Source of the DNA: Candidatus Woesearchaeota archaeon
GTDB lineage: Archaea; Nanobdellota; Nanobdellia; SCGC-AAA011-G17; PNOQ01
Direction: 5' to 3'
Assembly (NCBI GenBank): GCA_043812195.1
Contig: JBDRML010000045.1
Location: 972-64,971 of the forward strand
Length of the DNA: 64,000 nucleotides
The translations under genes and the position numbers were made by a program. A model generated the notes under the pieces. That model saw only the letters and a list, made by a program, of their open reading frames with translations. It did no database searches and was not told the origin of the DNA. Shown here in pieces: positions 1 to 9,914 of the stretch; the stretch's first letter is position 1, and the number at the start of each line of letters is the position of its first letter.

Positions 1-258
1 TTTAGCAGCATCACAAGTAGCTTTCATCTCAACTAAATCATCATCATAAAGCACAATATTCAAAGCCAAATAAGTTTTAACTTTATTCTCTTTACATATT
101 CTCACAACTTCTTTCAAATCATCAATTGTAAAATTAATAGCAGCCCTTGAACGCATATTCAAATCACCAATTCCAAAATACACAGAATCCGTTCCTGCCT
201 TAATTGCAGACTGCAAAGTTTCAAAATCTCCAACTGGTGCCATAATTTCCATTTTCAT
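1..258 (-). CDS. U32-family peptidase (collagenase-like/RlhA-like), N-terminal part; C-terminus lies outside the window
   Basis: Minus-strand translation from ATG at ~258 gives MKMEIMAPVGDFETLQSAIKAGTDSVYFGIGDLNMRSRAA..., the typical U32 N-terminal motif. The ORF runs off the window start. Confidence 0.55.
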   Translation of the reverse strand, partial: MKMEIMAPVGDFETLQSAIKAGTDSVYFGIGDLNMRSRAAINFTIDDLKEVVRICKENKVKTYLALNIVLYDDDLVEMKATCDAAK

Positions 259-308
259 TAAAAAAGAATACCAAAATTTATATAAACCTTCTTCTTCAAA
301 ATATTATC

Positions 309-848
309 ATGAAAAAAAGAGGTATCAGTCCTTTAATCGCTACAGTTTTATTAGTTGGAATAGCAGTAGTTTTAGCAACAGTTTTAATGATTTTTCTTCG
401 AGGTGTAACAGATGATCAAACAACAAGATCAGAAGATAAATTATTTCTAGGACAAGTTTGTTTAGAAAACGTTGATATTGAATATGATTCATTCTGTTTT
501 TGGGAAGACGCAACTGATAATTACATAAATATAACAATTAAAAACAAAGAAGAAATCCCAATAGAAGAATTTGGTTTTAAAGTTATTGGGAATGAAATTA
601 AGGTTACGAATAGACAAGACCAACTAGACCAATACACCACAAGAACATATAATATGAGTGTAGATCTCAGTGATATATCAGATCCTGAAAATACTCCACT
701 AGAACCAAGAGATGATAAAATAACAAACATAGAAATATTAATAAAAAAGAAAATAGATTATAGTGGAGTTACAGGCTATTGTGACGATGATGAACTAAAC
801 ATAAATATTATTTATCATTGTAGTAAATCAGAATTACCACCACCATAA
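309..848 (+). CDS. Archaeal type IV pilin-like protein with class III signal peptide
   Basis: N-terminus MKKRGISPLIATVLLVGIAVVLATVL matches the archaeal prepilin/archaellin signal (KRG-ISP + hydrophobic helix). Confidence 0.6.
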   Translation: MKKRGISPLIATVLLVGIAVVLATVLMIFLRGVTDDQTTRSEDKLFLGQVCLENVDIEYDSFCFWEDATDNYINITIKNKEEIPIEEFGFKVIGNEIKVTNRQDQLDQYTTRTYNMSVDLSDISDPENTPLEPRDDKITNIEILIKKKIDYSGVTGYCDDDELNINIIYHCSKSELPPP

Positions 849-883
849 AAACTTATTTAAACCTACTCTAAAACTTTCTTCTT

Positions 884-1798
884 ATGATTCAATTTCCAGA
901 ATTCAAAGAAAAATTCATAGAAAGATATTCCAAACTAACTAATTTTCAAGAATTCAAAGAAGCTTCTCTAAAACAACATCCAAAATCAATAAGAACAAAC
1001 ACATTAAAAATCACACCAACAAAACTAAAACAAAGATTAAAAGAATTCAAACTAAAACAAATACCTTGGTGTAAAGAAGGTTTCTGGGTTGAAGGAGAAA
1101 GAACAGACTTAGGAAATCTTCCAGAACATGGTCTAGGTTATTTTTACATTCAAGAAGCTTCGTCAATGTTACCATCTATAGCATTAGACCCAAAAAAAGG
1201 AGATTTCGTTTTAGACATAGCAGCTGCACCAGGTTCAAAAACAACACACTTAGCAGCACTAATGAAAAATACAGGATTAATAATTGCAAACGACCCAGAT
1301 TATAAAAGAATTAAAGCATTAAATATGAATATACAAAGATCTGGAATAACAAATACCATAATAACAAAAATGCCAGGAAGATTTTTCAAAAATTTAAATT
1401 TTGATAAAATATTATTAGACGCACCATGTTCAGGAACAGGAACTATTAGAAAATCTCCAAGAACAATTTTAGAATGGAACCCAAATAATATAAAAAGAAT
1501 AGCAGGAATCCAAAGACAATTAATTAAAACCTCATTTGAAAATCTAAAAAAAGGCGGAATCTTAGTATATTCTACTTGCACTTTAGAACCTCTAGAAAAC
1601 GAAGGCATAGTATCTCACTTATTAGAAAACTATCCTAACGCCAAACTAGAAAAAATAAACATAAAAATCAAATCCAGCCCAGCAATATTAGAATTTGAAG
1701 ACCAAAAATTCGATCCAGAAGTCAAAAAATGCCTAAGAATCTGGCCACAAGACAATAACACAGATGGTTTCTTTGTAGCTAAAATACTAAAATCGTGA
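884..1798 (+). CDS. NOL1/NOP2/Sun family RNA cytosine-C5 methyltransferase
   Basis: SAM-binding motifs DIAAAPGSKTTH, DAPCSGTGT and catalytic STCTLEP. Confidence 0.8.
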   Translation: MIQFPEFKEKFIERYSKLTNFQEFKEASLKQHPKSIRTNTLKITPTKLKQRLKEFKLKQIPWCKEGFWVEGERTDLGNLPEHGLGYFYIQEASSMLPSIALDPKKGDFVLDIAAAPGSKTTHLAALMKNTGLIIANDPDYKRIKALNMNIQRSGITNTIITKMPGRFFKNLNFDKILLDAPCSGTGTIRKSPRTILEWNPNNIKRIAGIQRQLIKTSFENLKKGGILVYSTCTLEPLENEGIVSHLLENYPNAKLEKINIKIKSSPAILEFEDQKFDPEVKKCLRIWPQDNNTDGFFVAKILKS

Positions 1799-1833
1799 GC
1801 TGTAAAGTTAGCGTCACTTTTTCTTCTAAAAAT

Positions 1834-2469
1834 TTAAGGTTTTTTGGCTAAATAATTCCCGCCCGCAAAAAGGGTGTTCCAGGCTATTTCCACAACGCTA
1901 TAAAATGGTCGTAACCACTTTTGTGTCTTAGGTTGGCTAAATTTCTTAATTGCTACATAATCGGCTGCGAGGTAAGGAATAGTGGCAATTCCAAGAGTAA
2001 TAGCTCCCGCTAAATTATCCTCTAAAGTGATAGGAGCCTGATTTTTAACTGTTAGATAATTCCAATAAACCATATTAACTGGGAAATACATGGCTGTTAA
2101 TAAAGATGTATTGAACAAAGTATGAGTTGTCTTATTACTCTTTAATGCCTTCCATGATTCGCTAACCTTGTTTGTTGCTTTAGTTGACCACTCAATCATT
2201 TTTGGAGCTAAGTAACTATAAGCTATTGCTGCAGTAGCTGTAAATGCCACATCTCTCGGTGTTACATCTGGATTATCAGTAAATTGTTTAGCTATTGCAT
2301 CCCCTCCGACTGTTCCAACTGCAGAGGATAGATAATTGGTGACAAGAGGATATGAAGAGTGCATTCTTTCGTAACCACGCAAGGCAAAATCTACTGTTCT
2401 TCCAACTACCGATTTCTTCTCAACTGGCAGTTCAGTGCCATTTTCATCTATCCTTTCTTCTAGTCTCAT
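1834..2469 (-). CDS. Hypothetical protein in a GC-rich island
   Basis: 211-aa ORF with local GC clearly above the AT-rich flanks. No recognisable domain. Confidence 0.4.
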   Translation of the reverse strand: MRLEERIDENGTELPVEKKSVVGRTVDFALRGYERMHSSYPLVTNYLSSAVGTVGGDAIAKQFTDNPDVTPRDVAFTATAAIAYSYLAPKMIEWSTKATNKVSESWKALKSNKTTHTLFNTSLLTAMYFPVNMVYWNYLTVKNQAPITLEDNLAGAITLGIATIPYLAADYVAIKKFSQPKTQKWLRPFYSVVEIAWNTLFAGGNYLAKKP

Positions 2470-2494
2470 TTTATAATAAAAATTTATTTTTTAT

Positions 2495-2869
2495 CTAAGT
2501 TTTCATCTGTGATAGATATTTTTCACGAGCGACTAATGCCATCTCTATAATTTCTGGATTTTCCATGAAGTCATGAAACATAGGATGATACAAGGTGTAA
2601 CCCTGCTCAAGTTTTCCTCTCTTAAGACCATTAATGGACCTTAGAAATTTATCTCGGAAACCTTTTCCATCTTCTAATTTCCCACACCACATCCACTCAA
2701 TACATACCTTATTGCCTTCGTACTCAGCTTCCAGAGCTTCGCTTGATATTTCTTCCATTGGTGGTCTGTATGCAACCATACCATCCCAATACACCTCCCA
2801 GTGTTTAAACTCTGGTGCATTACGTACAATCTTTGCTAAATCTTCAAGACTTGTTACTTCACGTTCCAT
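2495..2869 (-). CDS. Hypothetical protein in a GC-rich island
   Basis: 124-aa ORF, GC-rich codon usage unlike its neighbours. Confidence 0.4.
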   Translation of the reverse strand: MEREVTSLEDLAKIVRNAPEFKHWEVYWDGMVAYRPPMEEISSEALEAEYEGNKVCIEWMWCGKLEDGKGFRDKFLRSINGLKRGKLEQGYTLYHPMFHDFMENPEIIEMALVAREKYLSQMKT

Positions 2870-3036
2870 TTTATTTACCTCCTATTATATTTAATTTTTG
2901 AGCTGTAACTAAACTGCTCATTCTTACTTTTTGATTTTCCATAACAAATTAATGATTTACTATAATGATAAAACTTATTATTCAATTTTTTAACTAAATG
3001 ACAAAATTTATATAGTATAAGGTATTATGTAAAACT

Positions 3037-4008
3037 ATGGATATAGACAAGCTGGACTCAAAGATTTTAGCTGTTCTAGATGAAGATGCAAGGTTGCCAG
3101 AAGCTGCTATTGGTAAAAAAGTTGGAACAAGCAAACAAGTAGTAAGATACAGATTAAACAGATTTAAGGAAAGAAAAATAATTGATAATTATTACACAAT
3201 GTTAGATGTAGGAAAATTGGGATTTGACTCCTACTATGTTTTTGTTCAATTAACCGGGCTAAATTCAGAAGAAGAGAATAAAATTTATCAAAAAATACTA
3301 AAACTTCCTCAGATTGCTTGGTTGGTTACAGGCGTTGGGAGATGGGATGCAGTACTCTTGTTTTGTGCTAAAACTATAGCAGATTTTAATGGGCAATTAG
3401 AAGATTTGAAAAGACTTCTAGGATCACATCTTCACGAGTACACTTTTACAACACTTATTCAAGCAGAGCATATCAGCTATAAGTTTCTAAGACCCTCTGC
3501 CAGCGAATCATTAAAAACAACACCAAAAGGTAAAATTTATTCTCTTGATGAAACTGATAAAAAAATTCTTCAAATAATAAACCAAAATGGGCGGATGGCT
3601 ATAACTGAACTTTCAGAACAAACAAAATTACCCTTACATACGGTTCATCATAGAATAAAAAAATTAAAAAAAGAAAAACTAATTCAAGGATTTAGACCAA
3701 AAGTAAATATTCATAAATTAGGAATGCAGTGGCATCTTCTTTTAATAAAATTCAATTCTGTTTCTGAAGAGAGAATTAAAGGTTTTATAGAATATTGTAA
3801 AAGACATGAACACGTTTATTACGTTACTAATACAGTTGGAATATACAATGTGATGTTGGATGTTCATGTAAAGGACACAGAAGAATTTAGAAAATTTCTT
3901 TTTGATATTAAAAATTCTTATGAAGATGTAATTCTTCTTTATGAATCTATGTTAGTATTTGAGGAATTAGCTCTAACTTATGTTCCACCAGTTATTCTTA
4001 ATGATTGA
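3037..4008 (+). CDS. Tandem Lrp/AsnC-family transcriptional regulator
   Basis: Two winged-HTH modules (LDSKILAVLDEDARLP...; DKKILQIINQNGRMAITELSEQT), each followed by a RAM-like domain. Confidence 0.65.
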   Translation: MDIDKLDSKILAVLDEDARLPEAAIGKKVGTSKQVVRYRLNRFKERKIIDNYYTMLDVGKLGFDSYYVFVQLTGLNSEEENKIYQKILKLPQIAWLVTGVGRWDAVLLFCAKTIADFNGQLEDLKRLLGSHLHEYTFTTLIQAEHISYKFLRPSASESLKTTPKGKIYSLDETDKKILQIINQNGRMAITELSEQTKLPLHTVHHRIKKLKKEKLIQGFRPKVNIHKLGMQWHLLLIKFNSVSEERIKGFIEYCKRHEHVYYVTNTVGIYNVMLDVHVKDTEEFRKFLFDIKNSYEDVILLYESMLVFEELALTYVPPVILND

Positions 4009-4012
4009 ATTT

Positions 4013-4885
4013 TTATTTGGCACTTAGTTTTATCAAATCTAACCATCTATTCTCTCCTAATTCTAAACTAACTCCTGCTCTTTCAGAAGGGACTTCATCA
4101 GTGGTAGAATGATTTTCTATAAAGTTGTGTTGGATAATTATTGCAGTCATCAGAATTGGAGCAGACCATATGGCTTTTAAACCTCTAAAATCTATAACTC
4201 TATCTTTAATCTTCATAAAAACAGTTTCAATTCTATAATTGTGTATTTTTGTCTTCCTTACATTTTGTATTTTATGCTCTATTGTTAAGCCACCCAACTT
4301 ATTGGAATAGAAGAGTTTTCTAAATGCTCTCGGATAAAAAACTCCTGCATCTGTCTGTATATATTTAGGCTTTCCTTTCTTTACAGACTTTATAAGAAAT
4401 TCTTGGGCTTCAATAGGATTTGCAGATAGAGAATAATGAAATCCAGTTATTAGTCTTGTATCCCAATCAAGACAACACCAAAACCTATCTAACCTACCTT
4501 CTCTATTGATCAAAGTTTCATCTGCATAGAAGCTATTTCCTAAGTTATAACCTTGTTTTTCTATGAATTTATGAACTTTCAAAGTATATCTTCTAACCCA
4601 ATCCAAAACAGAAACGTGGCTTACTTTATGGCTTAGATGCCTCTTCAATTGGTTCCTCATTTTCCTACTTGATAAATTAGAGACATACATATCAATAGAC
4701 ATTGTAATAATCTCAGGTTTATTTCTCATTCTGTAAAATCCATCATCGTTTGTGAAATATTTGTGGCAATCTTTACAGAAATATTTTTGAATTTTCCCTC
4801 GGTGTTCTGTTTTTCTAAAGCCTTTTTTTAGAAAATTCTTGCCTGAACAATGTTTGCACTTAATCATACCTATATTCAGGTACAT
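4013..4885 (-). mobile_element. DDE transposase with N-terminal zinc ribbon (IS6/IS1595-like IS element ORF)
   Basis: CKHCSG...CKDCHKYF zinc ribbon, then YADETLI...LDWDTRLITGF...QTDAG consistent with a DDE catalytic core. Terminal inverted repeats were not identified. Confidence 0.55.
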
Positions 4886-4917
4886 GAACTATATAAATCT
4901 TTCGGTACATGAAAAAC

Positions 4918-5076
4918 TTATACTTCTTCTAGTATGATTTTTCCTTTTTCGGTTCTTGCTTTTAGCTCTTTACCTAAGAGTTTTGAGTCTTTAACTACAT
5001 CTTTTGGCAGTGTTGTTATGTACCTCGTATATTCAGTATTTCCTACTTTCTTGTCTAAGACTTCTCTTATTTTCAT
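4918..5076 (-). CDS. Small ORF (52 aa) upstream of the transposase; possible AbrB/SpoVT-like DNA-binding protein
   Basis: Hand-translated as MKIREVLDKKVGNTEYTRYITTLPKDVVKDSKLLGKELKARTEKGKIILEEV. The TLPKDVV segment resembles a swapped-hairpin motif. Confidence 0.3.
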   Translation of the reverse strand: MKIREVLDKKVGNTEYTRYITTLPKDVVKDSKLLGKELKARTEKGKIILEEV

Positions 5077-5225
5077 AATTTAATTCAGGAATATGAAGTA
5101 TTTAAATTTGTCTGTACCTGAAAGAAAAATACATCATTTTAGGTGACTTTAACTTAACAGCTCATAAAATCGTAAGCTTTTTAAACAGACTAACTGTCCA
5201 AAAATAACAAATTGGAGGACAAAAA

Positions 5226-5459
5226 ATGTTAAAATATGAATTTCCAAATAAAGATACTGTAAATATTACACTAGACGGATTAATGACACCCAGAGAATTC
5301 TTAAAATTTCATGAAGAACTCCAAAACACAGGAAACACAAAAAGATATGGTTTAGTTCATATTGGAAGTAGAATTTGTGAAGGTAGCCCACCAAGACTAT
5401 CATATAGAATCCTAAGAGAAAAAGAACTGGATTTAATTAAAAGAGAAGACAGAAGATAA
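5226..5459 (+). CDS. Hypothetical small protein
   Basis: 77-aa ORF with no recognisable domain. Confidence 0.3.
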   Translation: MLKYEFPNKDTVNITLDGLMTPREFLKFHEELQNTGNTKRYGLVHIGSRICEGSPPRLSYRILREKELDLIKREDRR

Positions 5460-5909
5460 TTATAATTCTTTTATTTCTTTTTTTAATTTTTCAACATCTA
5501 AATCTCTATGAATACTTAAAAACCTCAAATAAGCAATTTTATCCATTTCTCTCAGCCTATTTAACACCATAGAACCTATCAAAGAACTATGCACTTGGGC
5601 CATATCATTACTTCTTAATTCCTTCTCTATTTCATCCACTAAAGCCTCAAATTTACCTATTTCAGCCCTTTTCTTACCACAAGAACCATATAAACCCCTC
5701 AATAATTTCTCCCTATTAAAAGACTCAATTTTGCCATCTTTCTTAACAACGAATAAGCTCAATTTACTAAGATTTTCAGCAGTTGTCCATCTCTTAGTAC
5801 ACCTTAAACACTCTCTTCTCCTTCTAATTCTCTCAAAATCAACAGAATTTCTCTTATCTATTACCTTACTTCCTAAATTTTGGCAATATGGGCACTTAAT
5901 AAGCATCAC
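5460..5909 (-). CDS. nrdR: NrdR-like transcriptional repressor (zinc ribbon + ATP-cone)
   Basis: MLIKCPYCQNLGSKVIDKRNSVDFERIRRRRECLRCTKRWTTAE is the NrdR zinc-ribbon signature, and an ATP-cone follows. Confidence 0.7.
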   Translation of the reverse strand: MMLIKCPYCQNLGSKVIDKRNSVDFERIRRRRECLRCTKRWTTAENLSKLSLFVVKKDGKIESFNREKLLRGLYGSCGKKRAEIGKFEALVDEIEKELRSNDMAQVHSSLIGSMVLNRLREMDKIAYLRFLSIHRDLDVEKLKKEIKEL

Positions 5910-5975
5910 CTCAATATATTGTGTTATTTGACTATTAAAACATACAATATCTTGGTATTTAAAGATTTATGTACT

Positions 5976-6743
5976 TCACAAAACACTTTTCATCCGCAAC
6001 GCATCTCCAAAGGGATCTGGGCTCTCACAAACAACACTAAAATCACATTCAACTTTTTTCATGCTTTTAACCAACTCTTTCCACTCTTTAATATCAACAA
6101 GCTTATGATTTCTCTCTCCCTTATCTCCATAAACAATCCCAGAATAATGACAATGAATATGTTTAAACTTCTTAATCTTATCAACAACAGAATCATAATC
6201 AATCTTACCAAGATTTCTAGCTTTCAAATGAGCAAAATCCACACAAAAACTACATCCAGTATCCTCAACTAATCTTAAAATTTCATCCATACTGCCAAAA
6301 ACATTAACCTTTCCAGTTGTTTCAGGACACAAAAGAACATCCCATTTATTCTCCTTAATAGTTTTCATTAAATTTTTAATCTCATTCATAATATTTTCAT
6401 AAGTAACTTTAGGATCTCTTTTTCCATAAAATCCAGGATGAAAAACAACCACTTTAGCTCCCAAATAATGAGCACTTTCACAACAATCTAATATCCTCTT
6501 CTTACTCATATAAACTTTCTTCTTATCTTCAGAATTTAAATTAACAAAATAATGACCATGAATACTCAATTCAATTTTATTTTTCTTAGCTATCTTACCA
6601 ATCCTTTTAGCATCTTCAGGTTTCAGATAAACACTATAAGTATAAGCAATCTCAGCCAAATCCATCTTATTTTCTTTATACTCATCTAAAATATCTTCAG
6701 CTTCTTTAGCACCACCAATTCCAGAAGGACCTACTTTAATCAT
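5976..6743 (-). CDS. nfo: Endonuclease IV / AP endonuclease family 2 (xylose-isomerase-like TIM barrel)
   Basis: Motifs IHGHYFVNLNS, VVFHPG, CPETTG and CVDFAHL fit Endo IV metal-binding segments. Confidence 0.6.
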   Translation of the reverse strand: MIKVGPSGIGGAKEAEDILDEYKENKMDLAEIAYTYSVYLKPEDAKRIGKIAKKNKIELSIHGHYFVNLNSEDKKKVYMSKKRILDCCESAHYLGAKVVVFHPGFYGKRDPKVTYENIMNEIKNLMKTIKENKWDVLLCPETTGKVNVFGSMDEILRLVEDTGCSFCVDFAHLKARNLGKIDYDSVVDKIKKFKHIHCHYSGIVYGDKGERNHKLVDIKEWKELVKSMKKVECDFSVVCESPDPFGDALRMKSVL

Positions 6744-6807
6744 AACACAAGATTTAGGTTTAGGTTTATAAAAACATTTATATAATCAGAACCATATTTA
6801 AATTCTA

Positions 6808-7281
6808 ATGAAAAAGAAAGATATATTCACTTTGACAATAAGCACAATAGCAATCTTATTACTCCTAGTTACACCTATAAACACAAAAATAAAAGAAATG
6901 GGAAATCAAATAACAGGTTTTGCTGTAGAAGATTTAGGAACTACAACTTCAGAAATAATTCCAGAAACAACTGAATCTCCAGATTTAGATTTAACAGATG
7001 AAAATATACAAAAAGCAGCAAGCACTTCAGAATCCTTAAGAACCCCTCAAATAAATTCTATCCTAAGTAAATTACAATTATCAAGCACAGAGAAATTAAT
7101 AATAAAAGAATTAGCAGGAAATTATCTAGAAGATCAAGCTAAAATATCAAGATACACCCCAGCACAATTAGTAGTTCCACTACCTAAACAATTAAAATTA
7201 AGCATTCCTGCAAAAAATACAGATGTAATATTAGCAGTTAAAGATCAAAAACCACAAATAAGGATTAATATAAAAGCCTAA
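6808..7281 (+). CDS. Hypothetical secreted/membrane-anchored protein
   Basis: N-terminal hydrophobic segment followed by a low-complexity T/S/E-rich region. Confidence 0.4.
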   Translation: MKKKDIFTLTISTIAILLLLVTPINTKIKEMGNQITGFAVEDLGTTTSEIIPETTESPDLDLTDENIQKAASTSESLRTPQINSILSKLQLSSTEKLIIKELAGNYLEDQAKISRYTPAQLVVPLPKQLKLSIPAKNTDVILAVKDQKPQIRINIKA

Positions 7282-7282
7282 A

Positions 7283-8476
7283 ATGAATATTCTAAAGGAA
7301 ATAACACCATCTAACAAAGAAATAGAATTAAATAAAAAACTTCTAAAGTCATTCATATCAAAATTCAAACTAAAAGATATAAAATTAACACCTGGAGGTT
7401 CATATGCAAAAAACACATGGATATCAGGAAATATAGATATAGATATTTTTGCAAAATTCAATTATAAAAAATACGAAAATAAAGATATCTCAAAAGATCT
7501 TAAGAAAATACTATTAAAAAAATTTAAAAGAGTAAAAACAATCCACGGCTCAAGAGATTATTTCCATATCAAACAAAAAAATATAATTTTTGAAGTTGTA
7601 CCAGTATTGGATATTGAAAATCCCTCAAAAGCTAAAAACGTAATGGATGTTTCTCCCTTACATGTTAATTATGTAAAAAAACACACAAATAAAAAACTTC
7701 AAGATCAAATCAGAATCTTAAAACAATTTTGTAAAGCAAATGAGCTATATGGAGCTGAATCATACATTAAAGGTTTCTCAGGTTATGTACTAGAAATATT
7801 AATCATTTACTACAAATCTTTTAAAAATTTATTAACAGCAGCAAAAAGATGGAAATCCAAAACTATCATAGATCCCTCAAAATTTTATAAATCAAAAGAA
7901 GAACTCTTATCTCTATTAAATAAATCTAAAGCAGAATCTCCATTAATTCTAATAGATCCTGTTCAACCAAATAGAAACGCAGCAGCAGCATTAGGAAAAG
8001 AGAAATTCCAAAAATTATTAGAACTAGCAAAAATCTATGATAATTCAGAATCATTTTTTAAGAAAAAAGAAGTTGATATTAAAAAACTAAAAGGCTATTT
8101 AATTTTTAAAGTAGAACCTAAAGGAGGAAAATCCGACATCATAGGAGCAAAACTACTAACATCATTAGAAAGAATGAAAAAAGAATTCGAACAAAAAGAT
8201 TTTGAAGTTCAAGATTACGGTTGGAAATGGAATAAAGAAGCATACTTCTGGTTTAAAATTCCAAAATTATCAAAAACTAAAAAACACTACGGACCAGAAT
8301 TAAAAAGAAAGATGCACGTAAGAGCATTCAAACAAAGATGGAAAAGAACAAAAACAGAAAAAGGAATAATATATACAATAATAAAAAGAGAATTCACAGA
8401 CCCAAAACAATTTTCTAAAGTCCTAATAAAAAAAGATTTTATTAAAGAAAAATTAAGGAAGATTAGTTTAATTTAA
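7283..8476 (+). CDS. cca: Archaeal CCA-adding tRNA nucleotidyltransferase (class I)
   Basis: GGSYAKNTWISGNIDIDIF nucleotidyltransferase motif, length ~400 aa, archaeal CCA architecture. Confidence 0.8.
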   Translation: MNILKEITPSNKEIELNKKLLKSFISKFKLKDIKLTPGGSYAKNTWISGNIDIDIFAKFNYKKYENKDISKDLKKILLKKFKRVKTIHGSRDYFHIKQKNIIFEVVPVLDIENPSKAKNVMDVSPLHVNYVKKHTNKKLQDQIRILKQFCKANELYGAESYIKGFSGYVLEILIIYYKSFKNLLTAAKRWKSKTIIDPSKFYKSKEELLSLLNKSKAESPLILIDPVQPNRNAAAALGKEKFQKLLELAKIYDNSESFFKKKEVDIKKLKGYLIFKVEPKGGKSDIIGAKLLTSLERMKKEFEQKDFEVQDYGWKWNKEAYFWFKIPKLSKTKKHYGPELKRKMHVRAFKQRWKRTKTEKGIIYTIIKREFTDPKQFSKVLIKKDFIKEKLRKISLI

Positions 8477-9161
8477 CTTCATCAATGATTAATTTAGCAA
8501 CACTCTTATTTTCTTCAACAACTCTGCTTTTTAAAATCTTCAATCTTTTTTTAAATAAAGGACAATTCAAAACAAAACTTTCAGCTTCACCACCCTCCAA
8601 AGCAATGTTCAACCCATTTTTCTTATTCAATTCAACTAATTTATCAATATCTTCATTTGTAATAATTCTACCTAACCAACTTTTATCCAATCCATCCGCA
8701 GCAACAGAACTAAATATAATCTCAAACTTATTTTCAATTAATTCTCTCATATATTTTTCCTGATTTTTATGCCATAATGGTGAGATAACTTTCAAATTCA
8801 ATTTCTCAGCTATCTTCTCAATTCTTTCTCTTTGATAATCACTATATAAAGCACCAGTAATTATTCCATCTAAATTATATTCTTCCTTAGCTTTCTTAAT
8901 TGTCTCTTCTAAATCTTCCAACTCAACTTCTTTCTCACCTTTAGTATTTCCAATAACCAAAGGTAAATCCATAGCTTCGGCCTGATATAAAACTAAATCA
9001 ATATTAGGTGTATGAAACATATAAGAATCAGGATTATCCGATTTCATACTAATTAAACAAACTAACTCATGCTCTTTACTAGCTAAATAAGCAGCATAAG
9101 TACTATCTTTTCCTCCACTAAATAAAACGCCTAATTTCATTTCAATATATTTAACAACCAA
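8463..9161 (-). CDS. PP-loop ATPase of the MJ0570/diphthine-ammonia ligase family
   Basis: LFSGGKDST PP-loop and overall similarity to the Dph6 N-terminal domain. Confidence 0.7.
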   Translation of the reverse strand: MVVKYIEMKLGVLFSGGKDSTYAAYLASKEHELVCLISMKSDNPDSYMFHTPNIDLVLYQAEAMDLPLVIGNTKGEKEVELEDLEETIKKAKEEYNLDGIITGALYSDYQRERIEKIAEKLNLKVISPLWHKNQEKYMRELIENKFEIIFSSVAADGLDKSWLGRIITNEDIDKLVELNKKNGLNIALEGGEAESFVLNCPLFKKRLKILKSRVVEENKSVAKLIIDEVKLN

Positions 9162-9221
9162 AAACTTTATAAATAACTATCTTTTATTACTTTTAGAATT
9201 CATTCTCAAGGTGAAAAATTA

Positions 9222-9872
9222 ATGACCCAAGAACAAGATATTCAAAAGTCAGTTCATAAAGGAACTACAACTGTAGGTATAGTCTGTAAAGACGGTCTAG
9301 TTCTAGCTGCAGATAAAAGAGCAAGTGCGGGATATTTAATAGCAAACAAAAAGATGGATAAAATCCATAAAATATCAGACAAAGCAGTAGTCACTATGGC
9401 TGGTTTAGTTTCAGATGCACAATTAATAGTTAAACTAGCAAGAGCAGAAATAGAGCTTAAAAAAATAAGAACAGAGCATGATCCTTCTACAAAAGAAATA
9501 GCTAACTTACTAGGAAACATATTGTATCAAAATATAAGAAAGATGAGTATGGTTCCAGGAATAGTTGGATTCTTATTAGGTGGAGTAGACAAAAAAGGAT
9601 TCCATTTATACGAAATAGGAATTGACGGTTCAATCACACCATCAGATGATTACGTATCAAACGGATCAGGAAGTATATTGGCTTATGGTGTATTTGAAGC
9701 GCTTTATAATCAAAATATAACTATAAAAGAGGGCATAGAGCTAGCAAAAAAAGCAATAGGTGCTGCTATGCAAAGAGATATGCCAACAGGAGACGGACTA
9801 GATATATTCATAGTAACAGAAAAAGGTATACAAAAAGCAGCAGGTTACAAAGTAGAACAAGTCTTAAAATAA
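9222..9872 (+). CDS. psmB: Proteasome subunit beta
   Basis: TTTVGIVCKDGLVLAADKRAS with the active-site Thr after the propeptide. Confidence 0.9.
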   Translation: MTQEQDIQKSVHKGTTTVGIVCKDGLVLAADKRASAGYLIANKKMDKIHKISDKAVVTMAGLVSDAQLIVKLARAEIELKKIRTEHDPSTKEIANLLGNILYQNIRKMSMVPGIVGFLLGGVDKKGFHLYEIGIDGSITPSDDYVSNGSGSILAYGVFEALYNQNITIKEGIELAKKAIGAAMQRDMPTGDGLDIFIVTEKGIQKAAGYKVEQVLK

Positions 9873-9914
9873 ATTAAATTTCATATTATTCTAAATTAGT
9901 AGAATTCATAAAAA

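Noticed and set aside
2634-2894. ORF 2634-2894 (+)
   Set aside because: It is fully antisense to the better-supported 2495-2869 ORF.
4886-5130. Terminal inverted repeats of the IS element around the transposase
   Set aside because: Short repeated words (GGTACATGAA, GTACCTGAAA) occur, but no convincing terminal inverted repeat pair matching the other end (~4008) could be found by eye, so element boundaries are left undefined.
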